Assembly (NCBI GenBank): GCA_964358895.1 | Contig: CAYHPR010000001.1 | Location: 9,218 to 73,217 of the forward strand | Length of the DNA stretch: 64,000 nt | Source: Candidatus Micrarchaeota archaeon | GTDB taxonomy: Archaea > Micrarchaeota > Micrarchaeia > CABMEP01 | Direction of reading: 5' to 3' | Shown: one piece after another, positions 18,417 through 27,288 of the stretch | How the letters are laid out: every line of letters starts with the position of its first letter | Numbering within the stretch: the first letter of the stretch is position 1 | Made by a program: the position numbers and the translations under genes | The notes under the pieces: generated by a model | What the model was told of the DNA's origin: nothing | The model's input: only the letters and a program-made list of their open reading frames with translations | Databases searched by the model: none

Positions 18417-18614
18417 TTAATGTGACTTATACGCAATCACTTCATCTACAATATCGAGATGTGAGATAAACATTCTTCTGCAGCAGTATCTCTTGCATCC
18501 TAATTCATCCAGTGCTGCGCCTATCTTCTTTCCATTCTTAATTTTTTCTTGATATTCTTCAAATTTGTCAGCCACAAGGGCACCACATGTAAAACATCTT
18601 ATCGGAGGCATCAT
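18417..18614 (-). CDS. rpoN: RNA polymerase subunit N (Rpo10)
   Basis: PIRCFTCG...RYCCRRM. Confidence 0.96.
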   Translation of the reverse strand: MMPPIRCFTCGALVADKFEEYQEKIKNGKKIGAALDELGCKRYCCRRMFISHLDIVDEVIAYKSH

Positions 18615-18627
18615 AGTAAATCACCAT

Positions 18628-18876
18628 TTAAACAGATACAATATTATCTTTCTTACTCTGACTCGGCATAGAAGTCATCTCTGAATCAAATAACTGACTT
18701 AATTTTTTAGTTTTCTTTTGTTGAGCAAGTTGAGCAGAAAAAAATTTCATAAACTCTGCAGAGGATACGCGTAGTATCTCGATTCGACCTCTTGAGTTAG
18801 GTTTAATTTTACCTAAACTGTTCTCGATTTGTCTAGTTTTTAGATTTAATCTTCCCATTTTATCACACAATAACAT
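18628..18876 (-). CDS. Small hypothetical protein between rps9 and rpoN
   Basis: ATG 1 nt after the rps9 stop; 82 aa filling the gap. Confidence 0.5.
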   Translation of the reverse strand: MLLCDKMGRLNLKTRQIENSLGKIKPNSRGRIEILRVSSAEFMKFFSAQLAQQKKTKKLSQLFDSEMTSMPSQSKKDNIVSV

Positions 18877-18877
18877 A

Positions 18878-19480
18878 TTAACGGTAACTCTTCTGGAATC
18901 TTGCTCTTGCTTTTCTTCCTTTGTACTTCTTCGGTTCAACTCTTCTTACATCTTCGACAAGCATATAACGATCATACTGTAAAAATCTCTGTTTCAACGT
19001 GCTGTCCTTAGTGTAAAGGACTAAAGCTCGTGCTATTGCAGTTCTGGCTGCTTGTGCTTGAGAAAATGACCCTCCACCAACTACATTCACTTCAATATCA
19101 ACTGCAGATACGTAATCATTAGCAACTTTCATTGGTTCAAGAACAATCGCTTTAACATAAGGATTTTGTATGGCATCAACATGAAGCTTATTGTATCTGA
19201 AAACTGATTTCCCTGGCTTGATAGTTGCTCTTGCAGTTGATTCTTTTCTTGTTGCAGATATGCTCACAATTTTCTTTGCTGCTCTTTTTTTCTTTCTCTT
19301 CTCAGCAGCTTCTGCTTTCTCTACTTCAGTTTTCCCTGCAGATACAGGCAGTGCAGGTGTTTTTGAAGAAACTTGCGTAGCTTGAGTTGTCATAGTCATC
19401 ATCGTCGTAGCTGTTCCAGTAGAACCAGCTGGTGTAACTGTTTGCATTTCTGCTTCAATTTCATCTTTACGCTTGGCCAT
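18878..19480 (-). CDS. rps9: 30S ribosomal protein S9 (uS9) with N-terminal extension
   Basis: VVGGGSFSQAQAARTAIARAL, C-terminal ARARFQKSYR. Confidence 0.95.
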   Translation of the reverse strand: MAKRKDEIEAEMQTVTPAGSTGTATTMMTMTTQATQVSSKTPALPVSAGKTEVEKAEAAEKRKKKRAAKKIVSISATRKESTARATIKPGKSVFRYNKLHVDAIQNPYVKAIVLEPMKVANDYVSAVDIEVNVVGGGSFSQAQAARTAIARALVLYTKDSTLKQRFLQYDRYMLVEDVRRVEPKKYKGRKARARFQKSYR

Positions 19481-19904
19481 GGTACCAACCTAATTCTCTG
19501 CATAAATCTTTAATAACTATGAATTTTCTGTGTGCCTTAACTTCTGATTCTTCCTTGATTTCATCTGGATTCATTTTGCTCTTAATCTCGTCTGGAACGC
19601 CCATATATACTCGAAGTCGACTATGCGCTATCTTACCTCTTGGTCTGTCAAATGGCAGCATTCCTCTCACGATTCGGTTAACCAACATGTCTGGTCTTCG
19701 AGGCCAGTGTGGAGAATTCTGAGGATTTGCCTTGTTTTTGACAGCTCTTCGAGCTTTATACCTATCAACAGTCGACCTTGGATCTCCGCTGATAACTGCA
19801 TTCTCTGCGTTAACAATTGCAACTTCCTCTCCGTTAAGTAAAGCTTTAGCAGCACGTGATGCAACACGTCCCAAAACTCTGTTGTCTGCGTCAATTACCA
19901 ACAT
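19467..19904 (-). CDS. rpl13: 50S ribosomal protein L13 (uL13)
   Basis: IDADNRVLGRVAS, NAENAVISG, RIVRGMLP. Confidence 0.95.
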   Translation of the reverse strand: MLVIDADNRVLGRVASRAAKALLNGEEVAIVNAENAVISGDPRSTVDRYKARRAVKNKANPQNSPHWPRRPDMLVNRIVRGMLPFDRPRGKIAHSRLRVYMGVPDEIKSKMNPDEIKEESEVKAHRKFIVIKDLCRELGWYHGQA

Positions 19905-19965
19905 ATTATCCTCGACATATAATAACAATACACAATCAATTCAGATCTATAATCATTTCGTCTAA

Positions 19966-20319
19966 TCACACTAACAGAATAACGTCTTTTGGTCCACGTT
20001 CAGTCAACCATTTGAAATCATGCATTTTTGCACCGGCGGATTTAATTTTCTTTGCTGCTTCTTCAGTCGCAGACAATGCAACAATATCGACCGGATGCTT
20101 AAGTTCACCATCACCAAGAACTTTTCCTGGGATAACTACGACTGAATTTGGTTTTGAATACAAGTCTATTTTTCTTAGATTAACACCTTTTCTCTTTCTT
20201 CTTGGAACTGCTATCATCTTCGATAACATTACAAACAACTTTGCTTTTTTGTTTGCTCTTAACATCTTGATGGTTTCGATTGTACTTTTAATTTCCGTGC
20301 CTTTTCTCATATTTCTCAT
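19966..20319 (-). CDS. rpl18e: 50S ribosomal protein L18e
   Basis: VNLRKI, VVIPGKVLGDG; conserved synteny. Confidence 0.92.
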   Translation of the reverse strand: MRNMRKGTEIKSTIETIKMLRANKKAKLFVMLSKMIAVPRRKRKGVNLRKIDLYSKPNSVVVIPGKVLGDGELKHPVDIVALSATEEAAKKIKSAGAKMHDFKWLTERGPKDVILLV

Positions 20320-20320
20320 C

Positions 20321-20342
20321 GGAACTTTTAGAAAAAAGTTCC
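20321..20342. repeat. Dispersed hairpin repeat family, copy upstream of rpl18e
   Basis: GGAACTTTT-AGAA-AAAAGTTCC. Confidence 0.7.
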
Positions 20343-20408
20343 ACAAAACTTTTCATTTTATTTAATTCTTTGATGAACCTTTTGTTCTTGTTTTACTATA
20401 TACTTTGA

Positions 20409-20430
20409 TCGAACTTTTGTTAAAGTTCGA
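20409..20430. repeat. Dispersed hairpin repeat family, inverted copy just 3' of tRNA-Leu
   Basis: TCGAACTTT-TGTT-AAAGTTCGA preceded by TTTGA (reverse complement of the TCAAA tail). Confidence 0.6.
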
Positions 20431-20431
20431 A

Positions 20432-20517
20432 TGCAGGGAGTGGGATTTGAACCCACGCAGCCACTACGACACCAACCCCTCAAGCTGGCGCATTTGACCA
20501 GACTCTGCCATCCCTGC
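20432..20517 (-). tRNA. tRNA-Leu(GAG)
   Basis: GCAGGGA/TCCCTGC acceptor, CCAGC-TT-GAG-GG-GTTGG anticodon arm, long variable arm, GTTCAAATC. Confidence 0.92.
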
Positions 20518-20531
20518 GGCTTGATATAACA

Positions 20532-21110
20532 TTAAGCTTCTTGCTTTTCTAAAAGCTTTTCTATCTCTTCCGCTCTCGATTTAATTTGTGAGATGGCATT
20601 TGAGAGGATATCTTCGGCGTCCATTTGGCCGTATGATTCTATTACAAATCTGAATGTACCTTCTGTATCGTATCCATATGATATAATACCTGGCTGGTGT
20701 CGCGCATGCGTCTTAGCTGTACCGAGTACTGCTTTCGCTTCTACACGCAGCCTTTGACCATCACTTAATTTTATTATTGGGATCTTATCAGAAACGGGTT
20801 TAACTGCTTTATCAGTTGATTTCATATTCTCACTGTAAACAGTTGTTGGTCCTTCTGCGTCAATCATTAATGTAACTTCGGTGTCTTCTTTTATCTTCGA
20901 AGGAGTTGTCAATGGGATAAGCCCGAGCCTGTGTGAGATATATTCATCAAAAAACGAAGACGTATTCTCATAAAAGGATGTCTCAGTTATCGCAAGAGTT
21001 GGAATCTCGCTAATTGCATAACGTCTAACAAGATTTGCAAGCTCAAGCGGTGCATCGCTCAATGTGAATTTAAGTTCCTTATCAGTCTTTGATTCAATTT
21101 CAATCTTCAT
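20532..21110 (-). CDS. rpoD: RNA polymerase subunit D (Rpo3), no Fe-S domain
   Basis: ANLVRR..ISEIPTLAI, ENTS.FFDEYISHRLGLIPL, FVIESYGQM. Confidence 0.95.
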   Translation of the reverse strand: MKIEIESKTDKELKFTLSDAPLELANLVRRYAISEIPTLAITETSFYENTSSFFDEYISHRLGLIPLTTPSKIKEDTEVTLMIDAEGPTTVYSENMKSTDKAVKPVSDKIPIIKLSDGQRLRVEAKAVLGTAKTHARHQPGIISYGYDTEGTFRFVIESYGQMDAEDILSNAISQIKSRAEEIEKLLEKQEA

Positions 21111-21122
21111 ACAAAATCACCG

Positions 21123-21143
21123 AAACTTTTTAGAAAAAAGTTT
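21123..21143. repeat. Dispersed hairpin repeat family, copy next to the rpoD SD
   Basis: AAACTTTTT-AGA-AAAAAGTTT followed by AATCAAAA. Confidence 0.7.
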
Positions 21144-21164
21144 AATCAAAATTTCAATCATTAA

Positions 21165-21689
21165 TTAAACTCTTCGTCCTCTTCTTCCACCTGGTCTTTT
21201 AGTTGTATCTGTTGGAACAGGCGTGACATCCTCAATTCTTTCTATTCTCAAACCAGATCTTGCCAGTGCTCTCACAACTGATTGTGCACCAGGTCCTGGT
21301 GTCTTTTCACCGTGTCCACCTGGGGCACGAATTTTAACACGAATTCTTGTAATCCCTTTCCTGACTGCGACTTCTGCTGCCTTAAACGCTGCCTGCATAG
21401 CAGCATATGGTGATCCTTCTTCTCTATCTTGATCAACGACCATTCCACCACTTGCTCGTGAAATGATTTCTGCACCGGTCAAATCAGTTATTGTAATGAT
21501 CGTATTGTTTCTTGATGAAAAAACGTGTGCGACTCCGACACGTCCACTAGTTGCTGAACGAAGTACTGAGGTTGGTCTGCCCATTCCTCCTCTTCGCATG
21601 CCGCCGCCTCTGAAGCCTCCTTGGCCTTCTCTTCGCTCGCCTCTCTCTCCATCCTTTCCAAAGCTTTTTCGTTGGTTATCTTCAGCCAT
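21165..21689 (-). CDS. rps11: 30S ribosomal protein S11 (uS11) with RGG-rich N-terminal extension
   Basis: [43 protein letters not shown]. Confidence 0.96.
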   Translation of the reverse strand: MAEDNQRKSFGKDGERGERREGQGGFRGGGMRRGGMGRPTSVLRSATSGRVGVAHVFSSRNNTIITITDLTGAEIISRASGGMVVDQDREEGSPYAAMQAAFKAAEVAVRKGITRIRVKIRAPGGHGEKTPGPGAQSVVRALARSGLRIERIEDVTPVPTDTTKRPGGRRGRRV

Positions 21690-21709
21690 AAATATCACAA
21701 ATTAAATCA

Positions 21710-22312
21710 TTACGCTTCTGTTGCAGCCTCTTCGGTTGCTTCGGCAACTTCACTAGTAGTTGCAGTAACGGTACCTTGTTTACCAATTGACTCAATTACT
21801 TTCGAGATTTTTTCTTCACTTTTTGTTTTTTGTTCTAGAGTTATTGGTTTGTAATAAGCAATCTTATCCTCTTTGTCAACTGACATAAGATAAGATGGCG
21901 CAGATACTTTTCTTCCACCAATTGAAATAAAACCGTGAACAATTAATTGTCGTGCTTGACCAATAGAATTTGCAAGACCTCTTCGAAAAACTATTGTCTG
22001 AAGTCTTCTTTCAAGGATATTCCTAGTATTAAGAGTAAGTAAATCATCCACTGTTGCAGTTGGAGTAGCATAACCTAATTTAATGGCACGCTGTAAAAGT
22101 GCGTTTGTCTTTTCGATACCTTTCACGCCCAAACTTAGAAGATCTCTGTACTGTGTTCTTATCTTTCTCAGTTGAGCCTTAGCTAGCCATACCTCACGAA
22201 TGTTTTTGAGACCGTATTCCCTAACGAAACCGCCTTCTTCAGCTATTCTTTCGTCGTCCCAAAGTACTTGAGGAACTGCATACTTTTTCCTTAATCTTCT
22301 TGGATCTCCCAT
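21710..22312 (-). CDS. rps4: 30S ribosomal protein S4 (uS4)
   Basis: MGDP, YGLKN.RE, LERRLQTIV, QARQLIVHG. Confidence 0.96.
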   Translation of the reverse strand: MGDPRRLRKKYAVPQVLWDDERIAEEGGFVREYGLKNIREVWLAKAQLRKIRTQYRDLLSLGVKGIEKTNALLQRAIKLGYATPTATVDDLLTLNTRNILERRLQTIVFRRGLANSIGQARQLIVHGFISIGGRKVSAPSYLMSVDKEDKIAYYKPITLEQKTKSEEKISKVIESIGKQGTVTATTSEVAEATEEAATEA

Positions 22313-22405
22313 AACAACAACCTACAGTTTTTGTATTTCCTAGCAATTTATTTACTACGGTTTTTATTATCTCCTAGACATTTTTTACTACAGTTTTATC
22401 TAGTC
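22313..22405 (-). repeat. Three tandem units of the CTAGGAAAT...AAAACYGTAG leader motif upstream of rps4
   Basis: units GACTAGATAAAACTGTAG, GTCTAGGAGATAATAAAAACCGTAG, GCTAGGAAATACAAAAACTGTAG then GTTGTTGTT-ATG. Confidence 0.75.
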
Positions 22406-22419
22406 GTTATTTATGATCA

Positions 22420-23049
22420 TTATTTCTTCTTTTCTGCTGCTGGTGCGGCTGCAGGCGCCTTTGCTGCTGGAGCTGCGGCTCCTGCGGCTGGTGCCTTTGC
22501 TGCTGCTGGACCTGGCTTTGCATCTGCTTTCTTCGCAGCTGCTGCAGCTTCTTTAAGCTTAGAACGTGCTACTCCGACAGTCAATCCACTTCGGCCAGAT
22601 GTTCTTGTTCCCTGACCTCTAACTTTCTGACCATAAGCGTGCCTGTATCCGCGCCATGTATAAATATTTTTTTCATATTCGATATCCTGTTTGACAGAGA
22701 ATGTGAGATCGTTACCTACAAGATGCACGTCTTTTCCACTTTCGTGATCTTTCCTTCGGTTATTTAGGTAGGATGGAACCCCAAATTCAGCGGGAGATTT
22801 TACTATTCGCTCTATCTCATCAATCTGCTCTTCGGAAAGACGTCCAATAGGTGTGTTAAGCGGTACGGTCAGTTTACTTGATACGATCTTAGAATAGATC
22901 GGAGCTAGGCGCATACCTACTCCTTTAATGTTTCTGAGAGCTCTCGAAAGCTGCATTGTACCCTTTACGTCTCTACCTACGAGGTGTACAATTCCTCTAA
23001 GCTCTTCTTTTTGCCCACTTTCTTGGATGTCTTCAGGTTTCTTAGCCAT
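22420..23049 (-). CDS. rps13: 30S ribosomal protein S13 (uS13) with Ala/Pro/Lys-rich tail
   Basis: IKGVG, NRRKD, WRGYRH..GQKVRGQ.TR. Confidence 0.96.
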   Translation of the reverse strand: MAKKPEDIQESGQKEELRGIVHLVGRDVKGTMQLSRALRNIKGVGMRLAPIYSKIVSSKLTVPLNTPIGRLSEEQIDEIERIVKSPAEFGVPSYLNNRRKDHESGKDVHLVGNDLTFSVKQDIEYEKNIYTWRGYRHAYGQKVRGQGTRTSGRSGLTVGVARSKLKEAAAAAKKADAKPGPAAAKAPAAGAAAPAAKAPAAAPAAEKKK

Positions 23050-23176
23050 TATTTCACATAAAATGCAATATACACTCTGTTATCTTAGTTCAAACTAAGA
23101 GAATAGATAATATAAAAGGGTAAACAACCTTTTAAATGTTTGCCATCTTGAAACTTAGTTTGTACTAAATACAGAA

Positions 23177-23896
23177 TTATTTACTCTTAGCAAAATCGCC
23201 ACCTAATGAAGGAACAGACTCAGAATAAAACATAGGTTCCGCAATTTTCCAGATTATGTCAGTGGTCTCTTCAACAGAGATTCTTTCATTATTTCGGATG
23301 CAATCTATGCGTTTCCAGTTTTTATAATGATCCGCCAACCATTTGTAACAATTTTCAGTATCGATCAGATGGGCTGCATTTTGTTCATGTAAATCTCTTA
23401 CTCTACGCTCGCCTTCCATAGCTTTTATCGTCCACTCCACAGGCAAATATAAGTAGATAACAAGATCCGACTCAGGAAGTCCCATTTCTTCGATTTCAAG
23501 CTTGCGTATCCACTCGACCATCTCACGCACTTGTTGCTCTCCTTTCCTCCAAAATTTTCCACCTTGATGTGCCATATTCGATTCAGTATATCGATCCAGG
23601 ATAATAGTTTTACCTTCGTTTAACCAATTCATCATGAGCGGCTTTACACTCAGTCTGTCTTCTGCATATAACTTTGCTATGTATTTAGTATCGACTTCAT
23701 CAAGTGAACCTAATTTACCGTTAAGGTAATCTTTTATTTTTTGGCCCGTTGGTGTGCCATATCTTGGAAAACTCAAGGTTTCTACTTTCAAACCTTTTGA
23801 TAGAGCTCTTTCAAAAATTAGTTTAGTCTGTGTCTTTTTGCCGGATCCGTCAGACCCTTCGATAACTATGATTTTACCTCGATTATTTACTAACAT
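23177..23896 (-). CDS. tmk: Thymidylate kinase
   Basis: IEGSDGSGKKTQ P-loop, FPRY, ILDRY..SNMAHQG. Confidence 0.9.
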   Translation of the reverse strand: MLVNNRGKIIVIEGSDGSGKKTQTKLIFERALSKGLKVETLSFPRYGTPTGQKIKDYLNGKLGSLDEVDTKYIAKLYAEDRLSVKPLMMNWLNEGKTIILDRYTESNMAHQGGKFWRKGEQQVREMVEWIRKLEIEEMGLPESDLVIYLYLPVEWTIKAMEGERRVRDLHEQNAAHLIDTENCYKWLADHYKNWKRIDCIRNNERISVEETTDIIWKIAEPMFYSESVPSLGGDFAKSK

Positions 23897-23956
23897 ATAG
23901 CCTCCCTTGTAAAGGAAGATAAGGAACTTTATAAACATTCATGTTTGGAAACAAAT

Positions 23957-24652
23957 ATGGCAAAAATTGATAGCATAGTCAAAACACTTAGAAAGATGTA
24001 CCCGAACGAATTCCATGGCACGATAATTCATTACAAACCTTTTCCAATTTTGATTGGTACAATCTTATCACATCAGACTCCGGACCCAAGAACAATTAAA
24101 GCAGAAAAAAGACTATTTGCTATTTATACAACACCAGAACAGATAGCTAACGCGCCTGTTTCGAAGATAAAAGAACTAATCAAACCAGTCGGGATATACA
24201 ACATAAAGGCAAAACGCCTCAAACAGGTTTGCAGTATCTTGGTTGAAAAATACGGAGGAAAAGTACCAAGAGATTATAATGAACTTCTAAAACTACCAGG
24301 AGTTGGCAGGAAGACAGCAAATATTGTTTTCACTTATGCATTTGGAAAATCTGATTTAATAGCTGTTGACGTTCATGTTAACAGGATTTCAAATAGACTT
24401 GGAATAGTAAAAACAAAAACCCCAGAAAAAACTGAATTTGCACTTTACAAAGCTGTACCGAAGAAGTATTGGAGAGATGTAAATGAACTGATGGTTCAAC
24501 ATGGCCAAACTATTTGTGCAGCAAAACCAAAATGCTACAAATGCGACTTGAGACCTTACTGTGATTACTACCAAAAAGTTATCAAACCAAAAAAGATTCC
24601 TGGCAGCTTTACGCCGCCTAAAAATAAGAAAAGCGCAGAGAGCGAGATTTGA
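23957..24652 (+). CDS. nth: Endonuclease III (HhH-GPD glycosylase with 4Fe-4S)
   Basis: LPGVGRKTAN, VDVHVNRI, C-x5-C-x2-C-x5-C. Confidence 0.93.
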   Translation: MAKIDSIVKTLRKMYPNEFHGTIIHYKPFPILIGTILSHQTPDPRTIKAEKRLFAIYTTPEQIANAPVSKIKELIKPVGIYNIKAKRLKQVCSILVEKYGGKVPRDYNELLKLPGVGRKTANIVFTYAFGKSDLIAVDVHVNRISNRLGIVKTKTPEKTEFALYKAVPKKYWRDVNELMVQHGQTICAAKPKCYKCDLRPYCDYYQKVIKPKKIPGSFTPPKNKKSAESEI

Positions 24653-24769
24653 ACTCGCAAGGCCCTTGCGGACCACCAGCTTTCAAGGAACCTCTTGAAA
24701 GAGGTTCGTCGAGAATCTCATTCTAAAATTTTTCCAGGCTGGCGCACTACCAGATTATGCGATCTCTGC
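24634..24769 (-). tRNA. tRNA-Ser, most likely GGA, with a 50-nt intron (24682-24731)
   Basis: GCAGAGA/TCTCTGC acceptor, CCAGC/GCTGG anticodon stem, long variable arm, G73; syntenic upstream of rps13. Confidence 0.82.
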
Positions 24770-24802
24770 ACAAATAATAGAAGGATGTGAATCTTATTAT
24801 TG

Positions 24803-25825
24803 CTATTTATCTTGGCTGAGCACGTCATTTTTATCTATTTTATCTGTTTTCTTTTTCCATCCAGGATAAGTCCCTTTTTCCATAATCACTTTCTCTATTT
24901 TGACTGCTACTCCTGACTTTTCTGTGATCATATCGTTAGCATTTAACTGTGCTTTTCCAAATCCAATAAGTTCATCTTTTAACGAAAGGATAGCGACTAC
25001 GTCCCCGTCTTTAATAGATTGTTCACATTTTACTAACCCTGGAACATGAAGAGGAGCACCTGAGCAAACAGAATCTATTGCATTATCAGATATCCACACT
25101 TTTTTGTTTGTTATAAAGTCCTCTAAATTTTTTATATATCGCTTAACAAATGTATTGTCATTCTTTTCCTTCCAGAGCCAGACCGCATCTGTCAGACTAT
25201 GCAATGTGACAGAATCTTTTTCTGAAATACTACCTACTTCGATCCGCCTAAGCTCTGCCATATGTGCACCAATTCGTGATTGTTTTCCAATATCGTCAAT
25301 TAATTTTCTGATATAAGTGCCAGCCTGAACTTTTGTTTTGAAAAGTATTGATCTGCCGCAGATCTCAAGGATATCGAAAGAATGGATCTGCCGTTGTCTT
25401 GGCCTTCTTGCCACGGCAGATCTTACCGGAGGAACCTGAGTTATTTGGCCGATAAACTGGTCAACAACATTCCTAAGTTGTTTCTCAGAGATGTCCTTGT
25501 GAAACTGAGCTATTCCGACGTATTTCTTGTCTTTTGCCATCAGATATCCAGCTGCCTTCGTGGAACGATTAAGAAGAATTGGAAGAACACCTGAGACGTC
25601 TGGATCAAGAGTTCCTATATGCCCTGCCCGTTTGGCACCAATTAATTTTGCAGCTATTTCTGTAACTCTATGAGAAGTAGGTCCAGGCGGTTTGTCCAGT
25701 ATAACTACGCCTAATTCAATCATCTGTTCAACAGTTCTCTCACTCGGCCGCTTTCCATACTGCTCATCAGTATGTACATGTGACCTGTATAATATGTCTG
25801 GCTGTTCTTTTCTGACTATTGCCAT
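24803..25825 (-). CDS. cbf5: H/ACA pseudouridine synthase Cbf5 (TruB + PUA)
   Basis: DKPPGPTSH, GHIGTLDP, PPVRSAV, GTYIRKL, PUA domain. Confidence 0.95.
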   Translation of the reverse strand: MAIVRKEQPDILYRSHVHTDEQYGKRPSERTVEQMIELGVVILDKPPGPTSHRVTEIAAKLIGAKRAGHIGTLDPDVSGVLPILLNRSTKAAGYLMAKDKKYVGIAQFHKDISEKQLRNVVDQFIGQITQVPPVRSAVARRPRQRQIHSFDILEICGRSILFKTKVQAGTYIRKLIDDIGKQSRIGAHMAELRRIEVGSISEKDSVTLHSLTDAVWLWKEKNDNTFVKRYIKNLEDFITNKKVWISDNAIDSVCSGAPLHVPGLVKCEQSIKDGDVVAILSLKDELIGFGKAQLNANDMITEKSGVAVKIEKVIMEKGTYPGWKKKTDKIDKNDVLSQDK

Positions 25826-25826
25826 A

Positions 25827-26042
25827 CTATACTTTTGCCAGTGCTGCTTTTATTTGTTCCTCAGATTTAGGATCTACTTTCTTTTCCGTTGGAGTGAGAT
25901 GTGACATATTCGCCTTTCTTGCGTTTTTTCTGTTTTTAGTCACAATTTCAACAAATTTGTTATCTAAAACGTTGATCACTACACAATTATTTCCTTTATC
26001 TCTTCCCATGCCCATAACACATACTCTTCCTGGTTCCATCAT
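25827..26042 (-). CDS. rpl14e: 50S ribosomal protein L14e
   Basis: EPGRVCV..GRD.G..CVVI.VLD..FV; synteny cmk-L14e-cbf5. Confidence 0.88.
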   Translation of the reverse strand: MMEPGRVCVMGMGRDKGNNCVVINVLDNKFVEIVTKNRKNARKANMSHLTPTEKKVDPKSEEQIKAALAKV

Positions 26043-26052
26043 TTCAATCACC

Positions 26053-26107
26053 TGAACTTTTACAAAAAGTTCAATCAAAACTATAAAAACTTTTTAGAAA
26101 AAAGTTT
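26053..26107. repeat. Two tandem copies of the dispersed hairpin repeat between cmk and rpl14e
   Basis: TGAACTTTT-ACA-AAAAGTTCA (26053-26073) and AAACTTTTT-AGA-AAAAAGTTT (26087-26107). Confidence 0.72.
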
Positions 26108-26118
26108 CACAAAAAATC

Positions 26119-26646
26119 TTATTTCTTTAATCTATTCTCGTAAGCACAGATAATAATGTTTGCTATTTGATCGGGAGTGTAATTTTCTGTACTAATAACT
26201 AAATCAAAAATCGAATGATCGAAGATATCGACACCGTATATGGCCATATAACGACCTCGATTGTGAAAATCTCGTTTTTTAACATGATTCAATGCTTCTT
26301 TCAAAGACAGATTGTCTCGCTTAGCTATTCTTGTTGCACGTACCTCTGGCCCTGCTTCCAACCAGACTCTGAGCTTAGCATCATTGATTTGCCAAGGCGC
26401 AAGCCATGTTGAAACAACACTATTTGTCTTTCTGGCTTCTTTTACTATCTGTTTATCGAATTCAATATCAATAGTCATATCCTTCTCAGCATATTTATGG
26501 TATTCAAGCAACGGGATGTTGAGCTGTTTAGCAACATCTTTGAAGGATAGTTTAACTCTTTGAAAATCTAATTCTTCGGAAACTTTATCAGCAACTGTAT
26601 CTTTTCCAGCTCCAACCAAACCCGAAATACAAATAATATCTGACAT
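26119..26646 (-). CDS. cmk: Cytidylate kinase (archaeal type)
   Basis: ISGLVGAGK, RY..IYGVDI.D.SIFDLVI. Confidence 0.88.
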   Translation of the reverse strand: MSDIICISGLVGAGKDTVADKVSEELDFQRVKLSFKDVAKQLNIPLLEYHKYAEKDMTIDIEFDKQIVKEARKTNSVVSTWLAPWQINDAKLRVWLEAGPEVRATRIAKRDNLSLKEALNHVKKRDFHNRGRYMAIYGVDIFDHSIFDLVISTENYTPDQIANIIICAYENRLKK

Positions 26647-26739
26647 ATAGACACCTACTAGAAACCTGCGGTTTCTAGGATTTCCCTTTCTTCTGACTTC
26701 CTATTTTTCAGTTCTTAGTAATTTGTCTCTAAATTTAGC

Positions 26740-27240
26740 TTATTCATTTTCTTTCTTCTTTTTATTTTGTTCTTTCAGGTGATTGTAAATCAATTGAGTT
26801 ATTCCTCCAAAAAATATGAAAGACAGCCAATACCATCCGTAAGATCCGAAGGTATCTCTCCATTCAATAAGTTCTGTTGGGCTTCTGAAAGGAATTGGAA
26901 GCTTGAATGGCAACACAATCTCAAATACAGGAACAAATATACGTATGAGATATGGAACAACGAACGCTAAAGGAAGTACTACTGCCATCGATTTCAAGGA
27001 TAATGTGATTGATTCGAAAGACATTTGCTGAGACTTTTTGAGCTCAGGTTCAAGTTCGTCAAGCTTCTTTGAATCTTTTCTCTTAAGAGCCTCGAAATAT
27101 TCTTTGTTAACTTTGTTCGTGAATGCTTGTATCTCTTTCATTCTTGTGCTTATTCCTAACTTTTCAAGGATAATGGCCGTCGCTAAAGATGCAGATATAG
27201 CAACTACTGTAATTCCTCCTGCTACCAACCCATCTACCAT
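26740..27240 (-). CDS. EMC3/TMCO1 (DUF106) membrane insertase
   Basis: TM, coiled coil, TM-TM layout with GWY; synteny after adk. Confidence 0.8.
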   Translation of the reverse strand: MVDGLVAGGITVVAISASLATAIILEKLGISTRMKEIQAFTNKVNKEYFEALKRKDSKKLDELEPELKKSQQMSFESITLSLKSMAVVLPLAFVVPYLIRIFVPVFEIVLPFKLPIPFRSPTELIEWRDTFGSYGWYWLSFIFFGGITQLIYNHLKEQNKKKKENE

Positions 27241-27288
27241 AATAATTCACCTACATTTAATTAGAACAAATAGTTATTTCTTTATGTG

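Noticed and set aside
21690..21698. MIFM-type N-terminal extensions (rps11, rpl19e, rpl32e, rpl29)
   Set aside because: The GTG belongs to the Shine-Dalgarno (G)GTGA, not to a start codon
22313..22405. Tandem ~30-nt units as a mini CRISPR array
   Set aside because: Units are degenerate, the intervening sequences are only 8-10 nt, there are no cas genes, and copies sit before gene starts
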